A stretch of 64,000 bases of DNA, taken from Tubulanus polymorphus (Eukaryota > Animalia > Nemertea). Numbering within the stretch: position 1 is the stretch's first letter; the number at the start of each line of letters is the position of its first letter. The notes beneath the pieces were generated by a model that worked only from the letters and a program-made list of their open reading frames with translations, had not been told where the DNA came from and did not search any database. Location: the NCBI RefSeq assembly GCF_964204645.1, contig NC_134026.1, forward strand, positions 17,022,150-17,086,149, written 5' to 3'. The position numbers and the translations under genes were made by a program. Below, in pieces: positions 37,501 to 50,819 of the stretch.

Positions 37501-40500
37501 TGAAAGATCAAAGTAAGACAATTTGCTGCTTCTATCATCCTTTGATCGGGAAAACAATGAAAATTAGTTATAACTTAGTTTGCATTGAGTGATTTCAGCT
37601 CACCTTCAGGTGTGCATGAATATGTTAAAATTATTGATTGATTGATTGATTTACTTTTATCGAGCTTATTATATACCCATCTTTTAAACCATAGTTTCTA
37701 ATTTCTAAATAATTTACATGATAAAAAGAAAAAAATATAAAATGCATTAGACTGATAATAGCGAGAACAATTTTAAGATATATGTCTAATCTAAAGCAAA
37801 TGGAAACGTCACCCGGACCGCTACATCCCCGATTATAGCTCCAATACAAAAACATCTTTTCATAAAACACTTGGAAAAAACATTAAATGAGCAATGTTCA
37901 ACTGTAAATCCAGTAAATACCGAGGCAAATGTGATTAATTGATTATGTGATTGATTCCCAATGATGATATAAACCAAATCATAGATTCTAGACTTTATTG
38001 CACTTCTATTGACTGAAGATGATAGTAATTCCCTCCATAGATGTACAATATGATGACCGAACGTTTGATAAGAAATAGTTAAATGTGGTTAGAGATATTT
38101 TTTATTCTTAGGCTACTGGCTAATTTACGAAGGTCACTATTTATTATGATTATATATTCCTAAAACCTGAATGTGGTATTTTGTCCGGAGTTATGTGGGA
38201 TATTGGTTTATGGTATCTTGGGTATGGGAATATGGCATGTGGGATTTTGGTCTGTGGGATTATGTCCGTACTTGTTTTCGGAACATGAGAAATTTTATTA
38301 ATTTTTTTCTGAAAATGTTAGTCAAATCAAATATCGGGAATATTTTACCGGGGGATTTTTACTTTGGGGATAATAACCTAAATTATTTCATATCATCGGT
38401 TTTCATTAAGGAAAAAAACCTATTAATCTTAACTACACTAATCTTCTTTTTGAAACATCAATTGATTCCTTCATTGAGTTTAATATGTTATTTCGTACAA
38501 ATAGTTCATCACAGTGCGTCATTCACGCTAAAATGTACAATACTTCATTATGGAGTTCAAAATATAAACCAACAATGCCTATCTCAAGCAATTAAAAATG
38601 GGTAAAAATCTCCTTGGTAGAAATCCGTACTAAATTAGTACTTAAAGTTATCACACAGCTAAATGAAAGTATTCATCGCACTTTTCAAATACATTTCACT
38701 AGCCTGGATCTAAAATGTCTAGAATTAAAAGTTCATTATCGCTTATAATTCATGGCATTGCACTGCTCATTAGACGTTCATTATTCTTATTAATTCTAAC
38801 AATTTATTTCATTCTAAGAGTTAAAGAATTTATCCCATTGAAAGATTCCATTGCGCAGTTCTAACACATTTCAGTCGCATTGCAAATGAACAATATTGAA
38901 GAAACATTTTGCTTTGAAATGTTCTTGAAAATCACCAAGTGAGGATTTTTACCTACTTTGAATATATGGGGATTTTTAGCTACTTTGAATATTTGGGGAT
39001 TTTACCGAGGGGATTTTTACCTACAACCATCTCAAGCATGTACTAGCGCTGACGCTATGGGATAAACCAAGTCTCAATTCATTGCTAAAATGGAGTGGGT
39101 ACATTCATTCAGATCAGGACTAAAATACGCTTATGATGGGGCTGTAGGTAAAACTGCCACCCGTAAAAATGCCCCCATATTTTGCAACATAGGAAAAAAT
39201 GCCAAAAATTATTTACATACATAGATTTAAGTTGACTGTAATAATCAGTCATCTTATCAATGATGTTTCTATTGAATTTCCAACTTACTATTGTATTTTT
39301 CTGTATTCTAGTACCCCTAAGTTTCCCCACTTTAGATTTCTTTAGTTTGTGGCTGGTTTTATGTTGTATATTACCCCTAGCGTTACTCACATAATTAGAT
39401 TTGATATATCCATTATCAATCTACAATCAGTTTGCTGTAATCAAGTTCCAATGCAATTTCGACCTTAACTCTAATCCTAACTCCTAACCCTAACTCTATT
39501 TAATTACTAACTCTACTTATTAATAACATAATAATAATAGTTTGGTAATTCATTAGGACGACTAACTAAGTGAGTGGCAGACTACTCAAGATTTGGATAC
39601 AAGGTCAAGATGGTCATTACATCACATTTGGGAAGGCGTTAATGATAGAGAACGTCTATTCACGACTAAAAGGCCACAATTATTTAAAAAATTGTTGAAA
39701 GATTCAACTTGATCTTCCCTAATTGGTACACTATTTATTACAGGATTATCAATCAGCTATTCGACCACGATGGGTGGCTTTCATCTATGCACCATTCCCT
39801 AATGTACCAGGTATACAGGTCAGAGAGAACAGTGCTACTGTCCAATTTCCGCTTCAGCTATGGGCATACTGTACTAAGTTATTTACCAAAAGTTATCAAT
39901 GTTAAAGCATCCGCATCTAGACACACGCTAAACAAAAGACATCAACGTAAAGGTGAATATCAACATCAGCTCTGCTCGATTGGTTTTTAAATCCAGCACT
40001 GTATAGGGAGTCATTAATGAATCACGAAAATCATCTGAGCCATTTTTGAGCGCAGAATTGCTTTCCGAAATTTAGTAGTTTAATTAACCCGTTGAACCAT
40101 GCCGCTATTTTACATGTGTAATATAAATTGCCGCAGAAATTTAAAAAACGATTTCATTATGTTCGGCGATATCACTAAAATCAATACTTGCACTCAATCA
40201 CTTAGTGTACATTGCATAACGTTTGTGAAGATTTAATATTTTCAATCATGTAACATTATCTCTTTATCATTGACTTACTAAGGAGAAATCGACAATGCAC
40301 ACGCGAAGCTTAAACAAAAGGTTGAATTGGCAATTTCTAGGAAGATGCTAATGGCGTACACAGGTTACCATGGGGACAGGTTACGGCGGTCGACGTCAGA
40401 AACGCGTCAAATTCCACCAGAAGATCTCTTCACACCTGTTACGAACCTATAAGGGATATGAATTTATCTCACATAATTGAAGTGATCATCACTAACAGAT

Positions 40501-40608
40501 GTAGCATACAGATTTCTCGGTATACATACTAATCTTATATCATGCTGTATCATTTGTACTGAAATATATACTTACGGGGATTCGGATCGTGCTTGTTGCA
40601 CTATCCAT
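23428..40608 (-). CDS. CBARP: CBARP/BARP-like (voltage-gated Ca channel beta-subunit-associated regulatory protein); coding exons 40608-40576, 32151-32012, 28391-28312, 28239-28023, 25552-23428; ~864 aa
   Basis: All introns GT-AG and phase-compatible (0,2,1,2); short N-terminus, one TM helix, long disordered tail with YRELWNLRTTFE, DSGYKSLE and RDYSIDSKSDALFNEF, resembling recalled vertebrate BARP motifs (YRDLWSLRASLE, DSGYASIE, RDYSIDEKTDALFHEF). Confidence 0.8.
28023..28391 (-). CDS. CBARP: CBARP-like coding exons 3 (28391-28312) and 4 (28239-28023), 72-bp intron
   Basis: Open frame through ttttaacag|, |gtgagc, ttttatag|, |gttcgt. Confidence 0.8.
30168..30531. mobile_element. MITE with CAGGGGCGGATACAGG TIRs
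   Basis: 16-bp perfect TIR; AGCTT on both flanks. Confidence 0.75.
32012..32151 (-). CDS. CBARP: CBARP-like coding exon 2 (transmembrane helix)
   Basis: tttcag|GGT...LITIVVLIAGVVGGLVLVISVILFC-KYCFKKKK...AG|gtatgt. Confidence 0.85.
33310..33752. mobile_element. Non-autonomous DNA transposon fragment (GGTTGTAGGTAAAAATCCCC-end family)
   Basis: Direct-repeat copy at ~38628-39030; inverted termini at ~36314 and ~36989. Confidence 0.7.
34899..35210. mobile_element. MITE with TIRs made of tandem AAAATGTCCC(C)GG subrepeats
   Basis: Left and right ends are reverse-complement arrays. Confidence 0.75.
35640..35910. repeat. Minisatellite, ~50-55-bp unit, ~5 copies
   Basis: GTCAACCGTCCTGTGGAGTCATCACCTAACT..GTGTAGGGTGTCATCT recurs. 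Confidence 0.8.
37185..38268. mobile_element. MITE with ~125-bp TIRs and TA target duplication
   Basis: TA|CGGACATAATCCCACAGACCAAAATCCC ... GGGATTATGTCCG|TA. Confidence 0.85.
38628..39030. mobile_element. Second copy of the 33.3-kb repeat family
   Basis: Colinear high similarity to 33310-33752. Confidence 0.7.
40576..40608 (-). CDS. CBARP: CBARP-like first coding exon (MDSATSTIRIP)
   Basis: Strong acceptor ttcttttttttcag ending at 40622, ATG, perfect donor gtaagt in phase 0 matching exon 2. Confidence 0.65.
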
Positions 40609-43600
40609 ATATGAGCTCGGCCTGAAAAAAAGAAATATGAACGTGTGAACTTTTTGTGATTATGATTTAGAAATGTTTATCATAGTCTCGGTCTGGAAAC
40701 CTCTTCATTATTCACCCAAAAAATCTATATGTTCCCAATGCAAGTTGGAATCTAGTGTAATCAGAATTGCAATAACATCCGGTGATTTCGTTTTCATGAC
40801 CAATTTAAAAGGCCATTGTACATATTTATTCGAGTGACTTGAATCCTTTGTTTGGAATAAAGGAATAGTCACTTATCTTAACATATTAATATTATCTCTA
40901 AACTGGTCTTATCACTAAGGTTACTTAACAATGGCTTGTTCTATGCTGGAATGAACAATTTGTTCTGTCTAATGAATGTTTGTCAAAATATTCATCAACA
41001 TTTTTGTCTGCCTGCTCACAATTAAAATCTTTCTAAATGCTTTTAATATTGCGTACCATCAAATTGAAAGTTAATAGTTTCCTATTTTAACCACAGGAAA
41101 TGAGGAAGAAACATTCACAGATTAACGAATCGTCTTCCTAATAGTGAGTTTATGACCACGTGTAGGCCTAGACAAGCTAGACTCGAAGCATGATTGACCT
41201 AGAACCATCTTACAAATAAGACCAATCCAACAATCTTGTCCGGTCACTTCAAGTTTGACCTTAACATTGGCGACACCGTTTAAGTATTTGACGATCGACA
41301 TTGATGTAAGATTTAAGTCCAACCAACAATTCAATTGGAGACCGCGCCCTAAGCTATGGCTAACCGTAAATGGCAGTTACGTTAATTTGGCATCACGCAT
41401 TAGTTCGTGACATCATTAACTGAACACAACGATGTTATTAGGGCTATGTATATATATATTTAAAGGTATATAATACATAAAGGTTTGAAAAAATCTTATT
41501 CGATAAAAACTCTTATTTGATAAAAATTAAGGTTGGGAGGATAGTAACCGGGGGATTTTTTTGCAATGGGATTTTCATTGGGATTTCCACTGGGTTTCCA
41601 ATAGGATTTTTACCTGTTACCTATGCTAACAGCTCCCGATCGAGTTTTAAGGAATTGTGTTATAATATGTCGAATACTTTTTCATCAAAATATAGAGTCT
41701 GCAAATATCAGTTAAAAATGAAACTTGTGTGATGAACAGTTCATAGTATCGTTTCAGACAGGATCATCTGAACTGCTGACTGCGTCATCGTCGTTCCATT
41801 TTTGTTAAGTAAATCCTGTTTCTATGGTAACAACGTGTTGCGATTCATAGCTCTAGGAACTCTAAAATAGCCATGCAAGTATTAACTGGATTATGGGATG
41901 ACATAGAGCATCGTCAATAAAGGTGCGTGTGTTTCATATGGAAACTAACGGTGCCGTTTCAAACTATTTGCATTGAATAAGTCGAGACTGGATGTGGTGT
42001 ATCTGATGTAACCCCTTATTCCAGAGAGTCCCAGTTTCATGTGTTCGTGTATACTGGCTTCTGGATGAATTTCATGTCTTCATGTACATAGGCTTTTAGT
42101 TTTCTCGTCAGTGTCTAAGTTATACTCTGCGTGTCCTCTGTGAAATCCACGAAGATATGCGGTTTGCATTCAATCTTTTGATTCCGTGGGGAAATCACTA
42201 GTAACGACCCAGATGCACGCATGTAGACCTTATACTTAGTTACCGCCAGCTGTATGTTAAGGAATGATACGTCATATATGACACGAATCGGAAATTATTG
42301 TTTCACTGTATATTTACATTGCAGTGCATGGTGAGATCTTAGGCACCCACCTTCAATCATGAATACAAAGTGTGCAGGATATTTCGATAGTTTTTGAAAA
42401 TAGATCGCGGTCCGTCGCACGATGGTTTTTCTACATGATCTTTCGCGTTTGAGAAAAATATAAAGGAACTAGTAACGTCTCGCTACAGGAGACATTTTGT
42501 CTGGTTCTGAGGTGAACTGTTGTTTGGGCATCGGTTATGAATATGCCTGTGCTAGAGATACCTTCCCAAAAACTGACAAAAACCGACTGGATTTGTGTGG
42601 GCAATAAAAGGTATCATACGAACTAACTATGCTCGGGAGAAATAATTGTCGGAATATTTCCCTATTAAGCAGTATTCTACCAATTGGAAAATGAATGTAC
42701 ATTTTTGTCGCCGTTATCCGTATTGAATTTTCCATATTTCATGTCCAGATTGAGCTTTGCGTAAAAGCTTAGTCGATTTCATTCTACGGGATGTTGTAAT
42801 GGTTAACGGCGGGCTACTTTCTGCAACTAGTTACACAGAACATTAAGCACTGTGTTCTAACTTCGATGTTTTTTTCCCTTTCGAAGAGCGATTTTGGAGA
42901 TTATACACGGATATCTGTGGCGTTTTGGTGCTATTAAATTGATAGCATTTCAGTTTGTGCATTTTGTTTATTTCAAAATTCGACTGCAAGTTATACAAAA
43001 AATATTGATGCCTACTCTCAAGGTCTCCTGACAAAACAAATCAATTCTCATCAAAGCATCATGGCAAGAAGGATATTGGATTATAGTGAATATTCTCGAA
43101 CTGTTTTATCGTAAAATTAACCATACAGTAAAACATTATACATGCTTTTTATTTGGTATTTTACCTATTGATCCTAGATGATGGTTATCTATCGATTCAT
43201 TCGTGAACTATTCAGTAAGTATTTTTTATTATAAATGCAGCCTTTAATTTAATTACTTTCTAGAAAGTATTCGAAGATTCGTTATAGTACGGCGCAATTA
43301 AGAGAATAAATCTGACCCATACGTAAATAACCCATATTAAAATAACCATATTTAACAAAATTTAAATAACGCAGACGGTCACAACAACGGTGAAAAACAT
43401 TGTACAGATAATACCTAAGTAGAAATCCTAAATCCAGATGATCGGCGTCAGCTACGTGAAAATAGCCGGCATATTACCACGTTCATCGTTCTTTCCCTAA
43501 CGTTTTATTCTGAGTTACACGGAGGAGGCAGTGTTGTAACTGTTCTTCTTCGAGGTAAATTCTCCTGTGGCATAAATACAGTTGTCAATGGCTACGACAA

Positions 43601-44017
43601 TATGTTAATGGATACACTACACGCTGCTGCAGCCTGTCAATATATCTAGCAGCTTTGTACCGTGAGAATGTACTAAAGTAGCGTCTCCGGTAAAGCTGGT
43701 GAAACGTCAAACGAATGTAGAATACATATTATACGATCTTTGGAGAGCAATATTTTGTTAACTGGGTATTGGCATGGTTGTCGTCCGAATTCGTCCAATT
43801 AAACTCGCTTCATCTTGAAGATTTCAAATATTCTGAGCCAACATAAACATTATCCGACAGAAAGGCAGAAGGATTTATGAATTATGGACATGATGTTTTA
43901 AAACATTTTTCAAACTGTATTTAAGAGTTTTAATAATGCTGAAGGTACCAGAGATGACAATGCAGGCGCAGATGACGCGAATCTCATGCTGGGAAGTAAA
44001 TTACATGCAAAGCATTT

Positions 44018-44075
44018 TGACGTCACTGAATGGAACTCTGACGTCATTGCGTAGGTGATGTCACGATTTACGTCA
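44018..44075. promoter_or_regulatory. Cluster of four CRE/ATF sites
   Basis: TGACGTCA 44018 and 44039, TGATGTCA 44056, TTACGTCA 44068; upstream of the CBARP-like gene. Confidence 0.45.
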
Positions 44076-44593
44076 CAATACATTAAAAGCTTAACCTATT
44101 CTTCTTCAAGAAATTTCTTAAGTATAAAACCACACCAGTCCCGATAAAGGTGTCGAATTATGTAAAATTAGTATATATTGAAGGCAGTGAGTTAATTAAA
44201 GTTCCCAATTTAGACGATTACGCTTGCAAGGTAAGGGCATATAGCGAAAATTCGTTCAGATTCAGATTTAGATTTAACTTATTGCTCCAGAAATTATACA
44301 ATTTTTTCGAGCACTGAATACAAAAAAATAAACAATTTTACAGTTATACAAATACAGTTACTCCAGTTACATTTACAATACACAGTAACAGTTTTTTCTT
44401 CAAAACGTATCATTATCATACTCGCAAATAAGACGTGTGTGATGGCTAGATGAGGCTATGTGCCTTTTCTATAAATGCTGCTAGCTTCCTCCACAGGGGT
44501 TTGGCGAAGGGCTTGGATTTTATTTCCGGGTTGTTGATAATCTCGCGAGAATGGCGCTAAATAAGAACTGCGAATAAATTCAAAATATCACAG

Positions 44594-45113
44594 AAATACC
44601 TTGTGTTTATATTGTTTATTTATCCGCTATAAAGTTCCGATAAACAATTGGTCGTTAAGAATCATTATCAGACGGTCGTCACGCTTTACTATATAAAATC
44701 ACAAGGGATGAAACACCCTTCAAGTAGTGCCAGCCAGAAAGTTTGGACAGTCACGTGACTTAACGCTTCTTATTTGACTGAACGCGAACCTGAAGCATCT
44801 AAGATGGAAACTATGATACGAAAAATATTTGAGAATAACTTACATTCATATGCATTTTTTGATATCGGTCTGTGAATATGTTAACTTTTCATGTTTTTCA
44901 TGGTGAAGTTTTAAATGCGATGACGTCATCAGAATGTAACGTGACTGTCCCAACTTTCTGGCTAAAAATTTAAGTACAGCGGAGGCCTGGCGTTTCATCC
45001 CTTGTGATTTTATATAGTAAAGCGTGACGACCGTCTGATAATGATTCTTAACGACCAATTGTTTATCGAAACTTTATAGCGGATAAATAAACAATATAAA
45101 CTGAAGGTATTTG
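44594..45113. mobile_element. MITE with ~160-bp TIRs
   Basis: 44594-44760 is the reverse complement of ~44935-45113. Confidence 0.85.
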
Positions 45114-45119
45114 TGCAAA

Positions 45120-46811
45120 AGCACTTTTTAATTCAATTATGTTATTAACATAATTCTTTTACTACATCTTCGCATCTGAAAGAAATATATTGACTTTTAT
45201 ATAAATCGGGATAGTCTGATTTTATATAAATACCATACGCAGCAGCTCTTTGATGAAAATTTTAGATTGTATTTATAATTGGTGGGTCTTGTATTGTGTC
45301 TTCATTCAATTCATTTCCTTTATCCATTGATTTTAATAATTATTTTTGATTATATATTTCTTTTCTATCTTGGTCGATAATTCTTTAATTCTTTTTTCAA
45401 CGATTCAAAATCTCCATATATTACAGAATGAACAAGATTTTTAAATTTATGATTAGTAAATTTCAATTTATAATCTTTTTCTGTTGGCATTATTAATTTA
45501 CAAAACATCTTTATTATCACATAACTCTTAATGTTTAGTAATGCATTTTCAGTTCTAAATTTTGACAAACATCTTCTATATAAATTCTTTTTATGTTAAA
45601 ATCACTTTCTGTTCTAAAGAATAAATCTATTTGTTTTAACCACATATAATGTTCCTTTTTATAGTATAATGAATCTAAAACATTTTCATCATCATAATGT
45701 TTTGTTAGATATGAGGCTTCTTATGTATAATCTTTAATATTTTCACCTTTTGTCTCTGGTAGTTGCATTAATTCGAATATATTCATTTCTAAATTATTTA
45801 CTTTTTCCATATTAGGTATCATTTGTATAGTAACTGGGTATTGGTTAATTTTATATAATGATTCATATTTCCGATAATATGTTACTCTACAAACATTTTT
45901 CACAGTTGGGTGTAACCAACTTATAGTCGATCATAGAAAACATTTATTATCATCATTTTGAACATTTATTACTGCTTTTGTTGTAAATGGTAGTTTAATA
46001 TTAGATTATGCTTCAATATCCTTTTCTGTTGTATGTAAGGTTTGAATCATTTGTTAACATTTTATTACTTTTTGATGTTTTATTTCCTTTTGTGTTATAA
46101 ATATTTGAATCTAAAAATATAATTTCAGTCAATGATAAACCAGAACGTTCAAAATATCTTTCTTCAATATGGCGTTTCAATTCATTAAATATTTTTTCTA
46201 ACTTCTCTTTTATTTTGGTTTTTGAAATAATTTCTTCAGTGTGTGTTTGAATGTTGTACTCCATTTTTTCGTTTGACTTTATAAAACTTACTTTTCCATA
46301 GATACTAATTTTTGGATATTCAACATTTGTTACAAAGTCCATAATTTTTTCCATTACTTCAATATATTTACTGTAATCTTCTATTGTGGTGCCTTAAAAA
46401 ATCTAAATATGATAGCTGCAGGACCAATCTTACTATGTACTGTTTCTAAAATTTCAATCGTATCTTTTATTTCTAGTCAATATAATTCTTTACATTTTCC
46501 ATATAAGATTTATTTAAAATAGATTTAGTTTTTTCAATAGATTTTTATAGTTGTTGAGGTTTATCATCAAAATATTCTGTTCCTAAAATATTATATATAT
46601 TAAACCTTGTTGATGTTTTTGTGTCTCAAGATGTCTATCATAATTCCTTTTACTTATAAATTCATTACAAACATTACATTTAATTTATGATTTGTAGTTT
46701 TTTCCACGCCGAGATTTATTAGATTTATCAATATATTTTTTACAATATGTACAATAATATTCATTTTTATTAAAATCAAATTTTGTTTGTTTGGTGTTCA
46801 CTCTCTCCCAT
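45120..46811 (-). pseudogene. Polinton pPolB N-terminal fragment (zinc fingers, terminal-protein region, Exo I)
   Basis: YYCTYCKKYIDKSNKS; FERSGLSL; LPFTTKAVINVQNDDNKCFL; NNLEMNIF; HYMWLK; RRCLSKF; VIYGDFES; many stops and frameshifts; TAAATG start. Confidence 0.85.
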
Positions 46812-47094
46812 TTATATAAAAAAGAAATTATGAGTGGTGATGAGTGATGTGTCGTCCTCTCGTCCTCTGATCTGAAAACGCCATATTCCAATTACTATTA
46901 TATTGATGAATGAGGAATTATTGAGTACATACTGATCAAATCTTCCACAGAAAATTTATACTCTTGCCCTATAGATAGGGGTGTGACATTTTCAGTTCGG
47001 TCATTGTAGGTTATATCGGGCAAGAACACCACTACACACCCCTAGTACATGGCTCATATATGAAAATTACTTTTTTATTCAAGTACTTACAGAA

Positions 47095-47550
47095 TCCCTA
47101 AAAGCGAAGATGAAAAGGGATCGATCAACTCTCGTAGATGTAACAGAAAATGATGATGTTCGTAAGAAATTTGGTAGCAAGTGCAGGTGTGATGCATCAA
47201 CTGATAACGAAGAATCTGATTCAACAAACAACAAAAGGCGAAAACCATTATTACCACTAACGGTATGTCATTTTTTTAAGAAAGCTAATCATACACCAAA
47301 TTTCGCTTATACCAATATAAAAAAGACATGATTGTGTCTTCAGGATAATAACATGGAAATGGAAGACCTGGCTAGTATCGAGCAGCATCTGAAATATCTA
47401 TCGGACGAAGCTTTAAAATCGCGTCCCGATGTAGATGTCGTAAAGAAGAAAGCGCGGAAAACGGAAAGGCATCGTCTCGAACTTAGCGGCCAGTTAACGA
47501 CGGAAGAAACGGTGGAAAATATTCCCTGGTTAGGAAATCCTAGAATAGTA
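47095..47550 (+). pseudogene. Spliced gene fragment, possibly a DNA-transposon accessory gene
   Basis: Two exon-like blocks (|gtatgt ~47263, cag| ~47343, |gtaagt ~47548) encoding ...KTERHRLELSGQLTTEETVENIPWL. Confidence 0.3.
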
Positions 47551-48012
47551 AGTTGAAATAGATGGTGTGTAACGAATCATATCTAATATATTCATCATTA
47601 TACCAGCATAGGGTGTATATTGTGTCAGGTTGTCCGTCCGTCTGTCTGCCCCCTACAATTTGAAGAAATTAAATATCATGTCATTATTTCTGCAGCAGCA
47701 GCCGCAGTTCTAATCGCAGAACTGAAATTCATTGTTAATAAGCATTCGGTGCATTCTAGGATAACTTCTTTGATAATTTGTTGTCATTGAAATAATTGTG
47801 ACTCCAATTCTGAAATTTACCTTCAGCTGAAAAAAAGGATAGAATTCTTGTATGGGACTTGGTCACATGCAATCTTCTCTTTATACTCATCAGCTATAAA
47901 TCCTGCTAGTGTGAAACATTGTTGTAGCAGATATTATTTCTGAAATAATTCACTGTTAGCCCAATCTTAATTAAAGGTGTTAGCCGATATGGAGGCACGA
48001 TTTAACGTCAAT

Positions 48013-48067
48013 ATACATACATACATACGTACATACGTACAAACGCACATACGCACGCACGCACATA

Positions 48068-48111
<44 letters not shown>

Positions 48112-48132
48112 CATACATACATACATACATAC
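48013..48132. repeat. Compound microsatellite (ATAC)n/(GCAC)n/(AC)n
   Basis: Direct inspection. Confidence 0.95.
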
Positions 48133-49289
48133 GAGCTTTGAGGAACAACCTTCAGAAAACTGCACTCCATTTTCAAGAAGACCCGTTTTTGACATGTAAT
48201 GCGGTCGGTTTATCCCTTTAGTACTTTTATCCTTTCATTGAAAAATCTCCCTTGTACTTGATTTTTTGTCCCAAAATTTTACGACCTTCTCTTTCCCAAT
48301 AAAAGGCTCAGAAAAATCTAACCACTAGGCTTAGGCTTATGAAGTTAATTTTTTCTATCAGCTTACACCATAGGCTAACAAAATTAACAACTATCTGTCT
48401 TCTATAATGCATTCTAGCAAGGATGCTGTTGCCATGGAAATGGACCGTTTTTCAAGAAAATTTGGAAAAAAAGCATAAACCATTTCAATTTTCAAAGTTT
48501 TCAATAATACGTTATTCATTTCAGTGCATATATCTCAGTTTTGTCTGCCCATAATGTCTTGAGTAACTATAACAAAAAACTATAACACAATAGATCAATG
48601 TTATCATCTCGAATGAATGACCAAAGAAAAATATAATTTTGATTTTTTTTCGTAAAATGGCAAATTATGGACATTTTTAGATATTTTTTCAAGGAACAAG
48701 TCCAAACAAAGCTCTCAAGCTCTCTGTTATGAATAAAGTTCTAAAAATTATAGCATATCTGCAAATAGATGTAATATACAGATCTACTTTATTTCTGTTT
48801 ATTTTTTCCTAGTAGGGGCGCCCTTTGTTTTTTAGGGTTATTGAAAGCAAATTTGGGCATGTATGGGTAGCGAGCAAAACCTAGGTCAGGACATTATCAT
48901 TAGAAATTTTATGTACTAGGAAAAGGTGTAGAATGTTTATTTTGACTACTAGACAGCCATTTCCATCAATAAAATGCATACTTTCATCATTATCACTGTC
49001 TAAATTACTATTGTCTGAGTCGAAGAATGGTAGGGTCACTTATTGTCGCATGAGATAGTTCTGCTATATGATATTATCCTTCAAAATCCTATAGAACTTA
49101 AAAAATTATTGATAAAAATGTTTTCCTGATGCTTTGCATCGATCTTGAATCTCCAGAGTTTGAATAATGTTGTTACTACCAGAGCAAAATACTCATTTGC
49201 CACAGTACACATTTATATGTATCAAAAGTTTTAACGCAATTTGAATATGATACATATAAATATGTATCAAAGTTTTAAATGGTTATTAT

Positions 49290-49680
49290 GCAAATCACAA
49301 AACTTGGTATAGATAAGTACATAGATATGTGCGTAATATGCCAACCTGCATGATTAGTTCATACAATTGCCACCAGAGGACTGTCAAAACAACGATTTTT
49401 GCTTCTAGCTCCGGAACCGTTGGCGATAGAATAGTGGTTGCAATGTGTGGTCACTAGCCCTTTACAAGACACTTGTATTGATGTATGGTTTAAGTTGGTA
49501 ACTCATATGGTTCTCCAGTTGCGCCACCTACAAGTTGCTGGAAATGAATTTTCACTGATATCTACTAAGCGGATAAAGAGATTTCTATGAAAAATGTACC
49601 TGAATATGCGATACAACGAACCCCTCACATGATTAGTTCCTATTCTAACCACCAGGGGGCGATAATTTGGAAAACTCATT
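49290..49680. repeat. Relative of the 2785-3330 repeat, circularly permuted
   Basis: Shares AAATCACAAAACTTGGTATA, GCCAACCTGCATGATTAGTT and CAACGAACCCCTCACAT. Confidence 0.7.
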
Positions 49681-49731
49681 CTAGCAACCATTTTTTCGCG
49701 TGCAATTCTGCCATTTTATCATAGATATCAC

Positions 49732-49733
49732 TA

Positions 49734-49795
<62 letters not shown>

Positions 49796-49825
49796 ATTAT
49801 TATAATTATAATTATTATTATTATA

Positions 49826-49892
<67 letters not shown>

Positions 49893-49927
49893 GTGTTATT
49901 AGTGTTATTAGTTATTAGTATTATTAT
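49732..49927. repeat. (TAT)n/(TATCAT)n microsatellite
   Basis: Direct inspection. Confidence 0.95.
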
Positions 49928-50270
49928 CTTCATAATGTAATTATCACTTAGTTTATTGATTCCTTCTTTCCCAGAGCAATTCCCCTATCATGCTCAGCCC
50001 CTAGGGCTCGGGGTTTTCCTTCTTATATATGTACCTATTCATCTATGAAATTATATCCAAAGAAATCATGTTCATAATCTTATACATAAGTAAATAAATA
50101 ATTCATTCAATAGAAGTAATAGCAATTGCGACGGCGAGAGCAAAACAAAACCCTAATAATCTGCAGAAAGTTTGATGCATTTGACTGTCCAATTTGCTGC
50201 TTAAACATATATTTACTTTGAGAAGTAACGTATTGGTGCAATGTAGTGTAATTAGATGGCATATTAGAGA

Positions 50271-50747
50271 TCAATGTCCAATTGGTGTATCATTACGAGG
50301 CGGTATACCAGTTCCCCTGTCTCTGTAGAAACCCTTCATCACTCGTTCAATCCGAACATGCTTTCTTAGCGTTTCAGTGTCGATAAATGGTTTGTCGGCT
50401 ACTCGTCTTCCGTATGCAGATGAGGACAAAACCGGCGCCGTGCGATTCAATTCCTCGGCATGGACATTGAGGCCGACGGTATGCTGACGATCGTCACGAT
50501 GTACTTTGCTGTTATACCCGTGTTTAATATGGAACATGTGGTCATAAGTTGAAAGGTTTTCGTATGTTTTACCCTCGGTGAAGTACGGAATCCTAGATCT
50601 TTTCTCACACTCGCCAACAGTAGTTTTGTGATTCTTGTGGATTAGTGCTTCCTTGTGTACCAAGTCTTTCCACTGGCCAGCCACTTCACACGGACTCAAC
50701 TCAACTAACCCATAATTGGCCATATGTTTTTCGTCTTCAAAGCCCAT
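50271..50747 (-). CDS. CFAP90: CFAP90/C5orf49-like ciliary protein, single coding exon
   Basis: STYDHMF..YNSKVHRDDRQH..GLNVHAEE..PVLSSSAYGRR..HVRI...FYR matches the recalled C5orf49 family pattern; first ATG at 50747. Confidence 0.8.
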   Translation of the reverse strand: MGFEDEKHMANYGLVELSPCEVAGQWKDLVHKEALIHKNHKTTVGECEKRSRIPYFTEGKTYENLSTYDHMFHIKHGYNSKVHRDDRQHTVGLNVHAEELNRTAPVLSSSAYGRRVADKPFIDTETLRKHVRIERVMKGFYRDRGTGIPPRNDTPIGH

Positions 50748-50819
50748 CTTGCACTTATCTATCCTGTATTGCAAACGCAGTTGCTAACCACAAATTGGTC
50801 ATCTGTGACAACGGTAATG

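Noticed and set aside
47967-48195. Cys/Val-rich ORFs
   Set aside because: Translations of a compound microsatellite.
49676-49933. Poly-Asn/poly-Ile ORFs
   Set aside because: Translations of a (TAT)n microsatellite.
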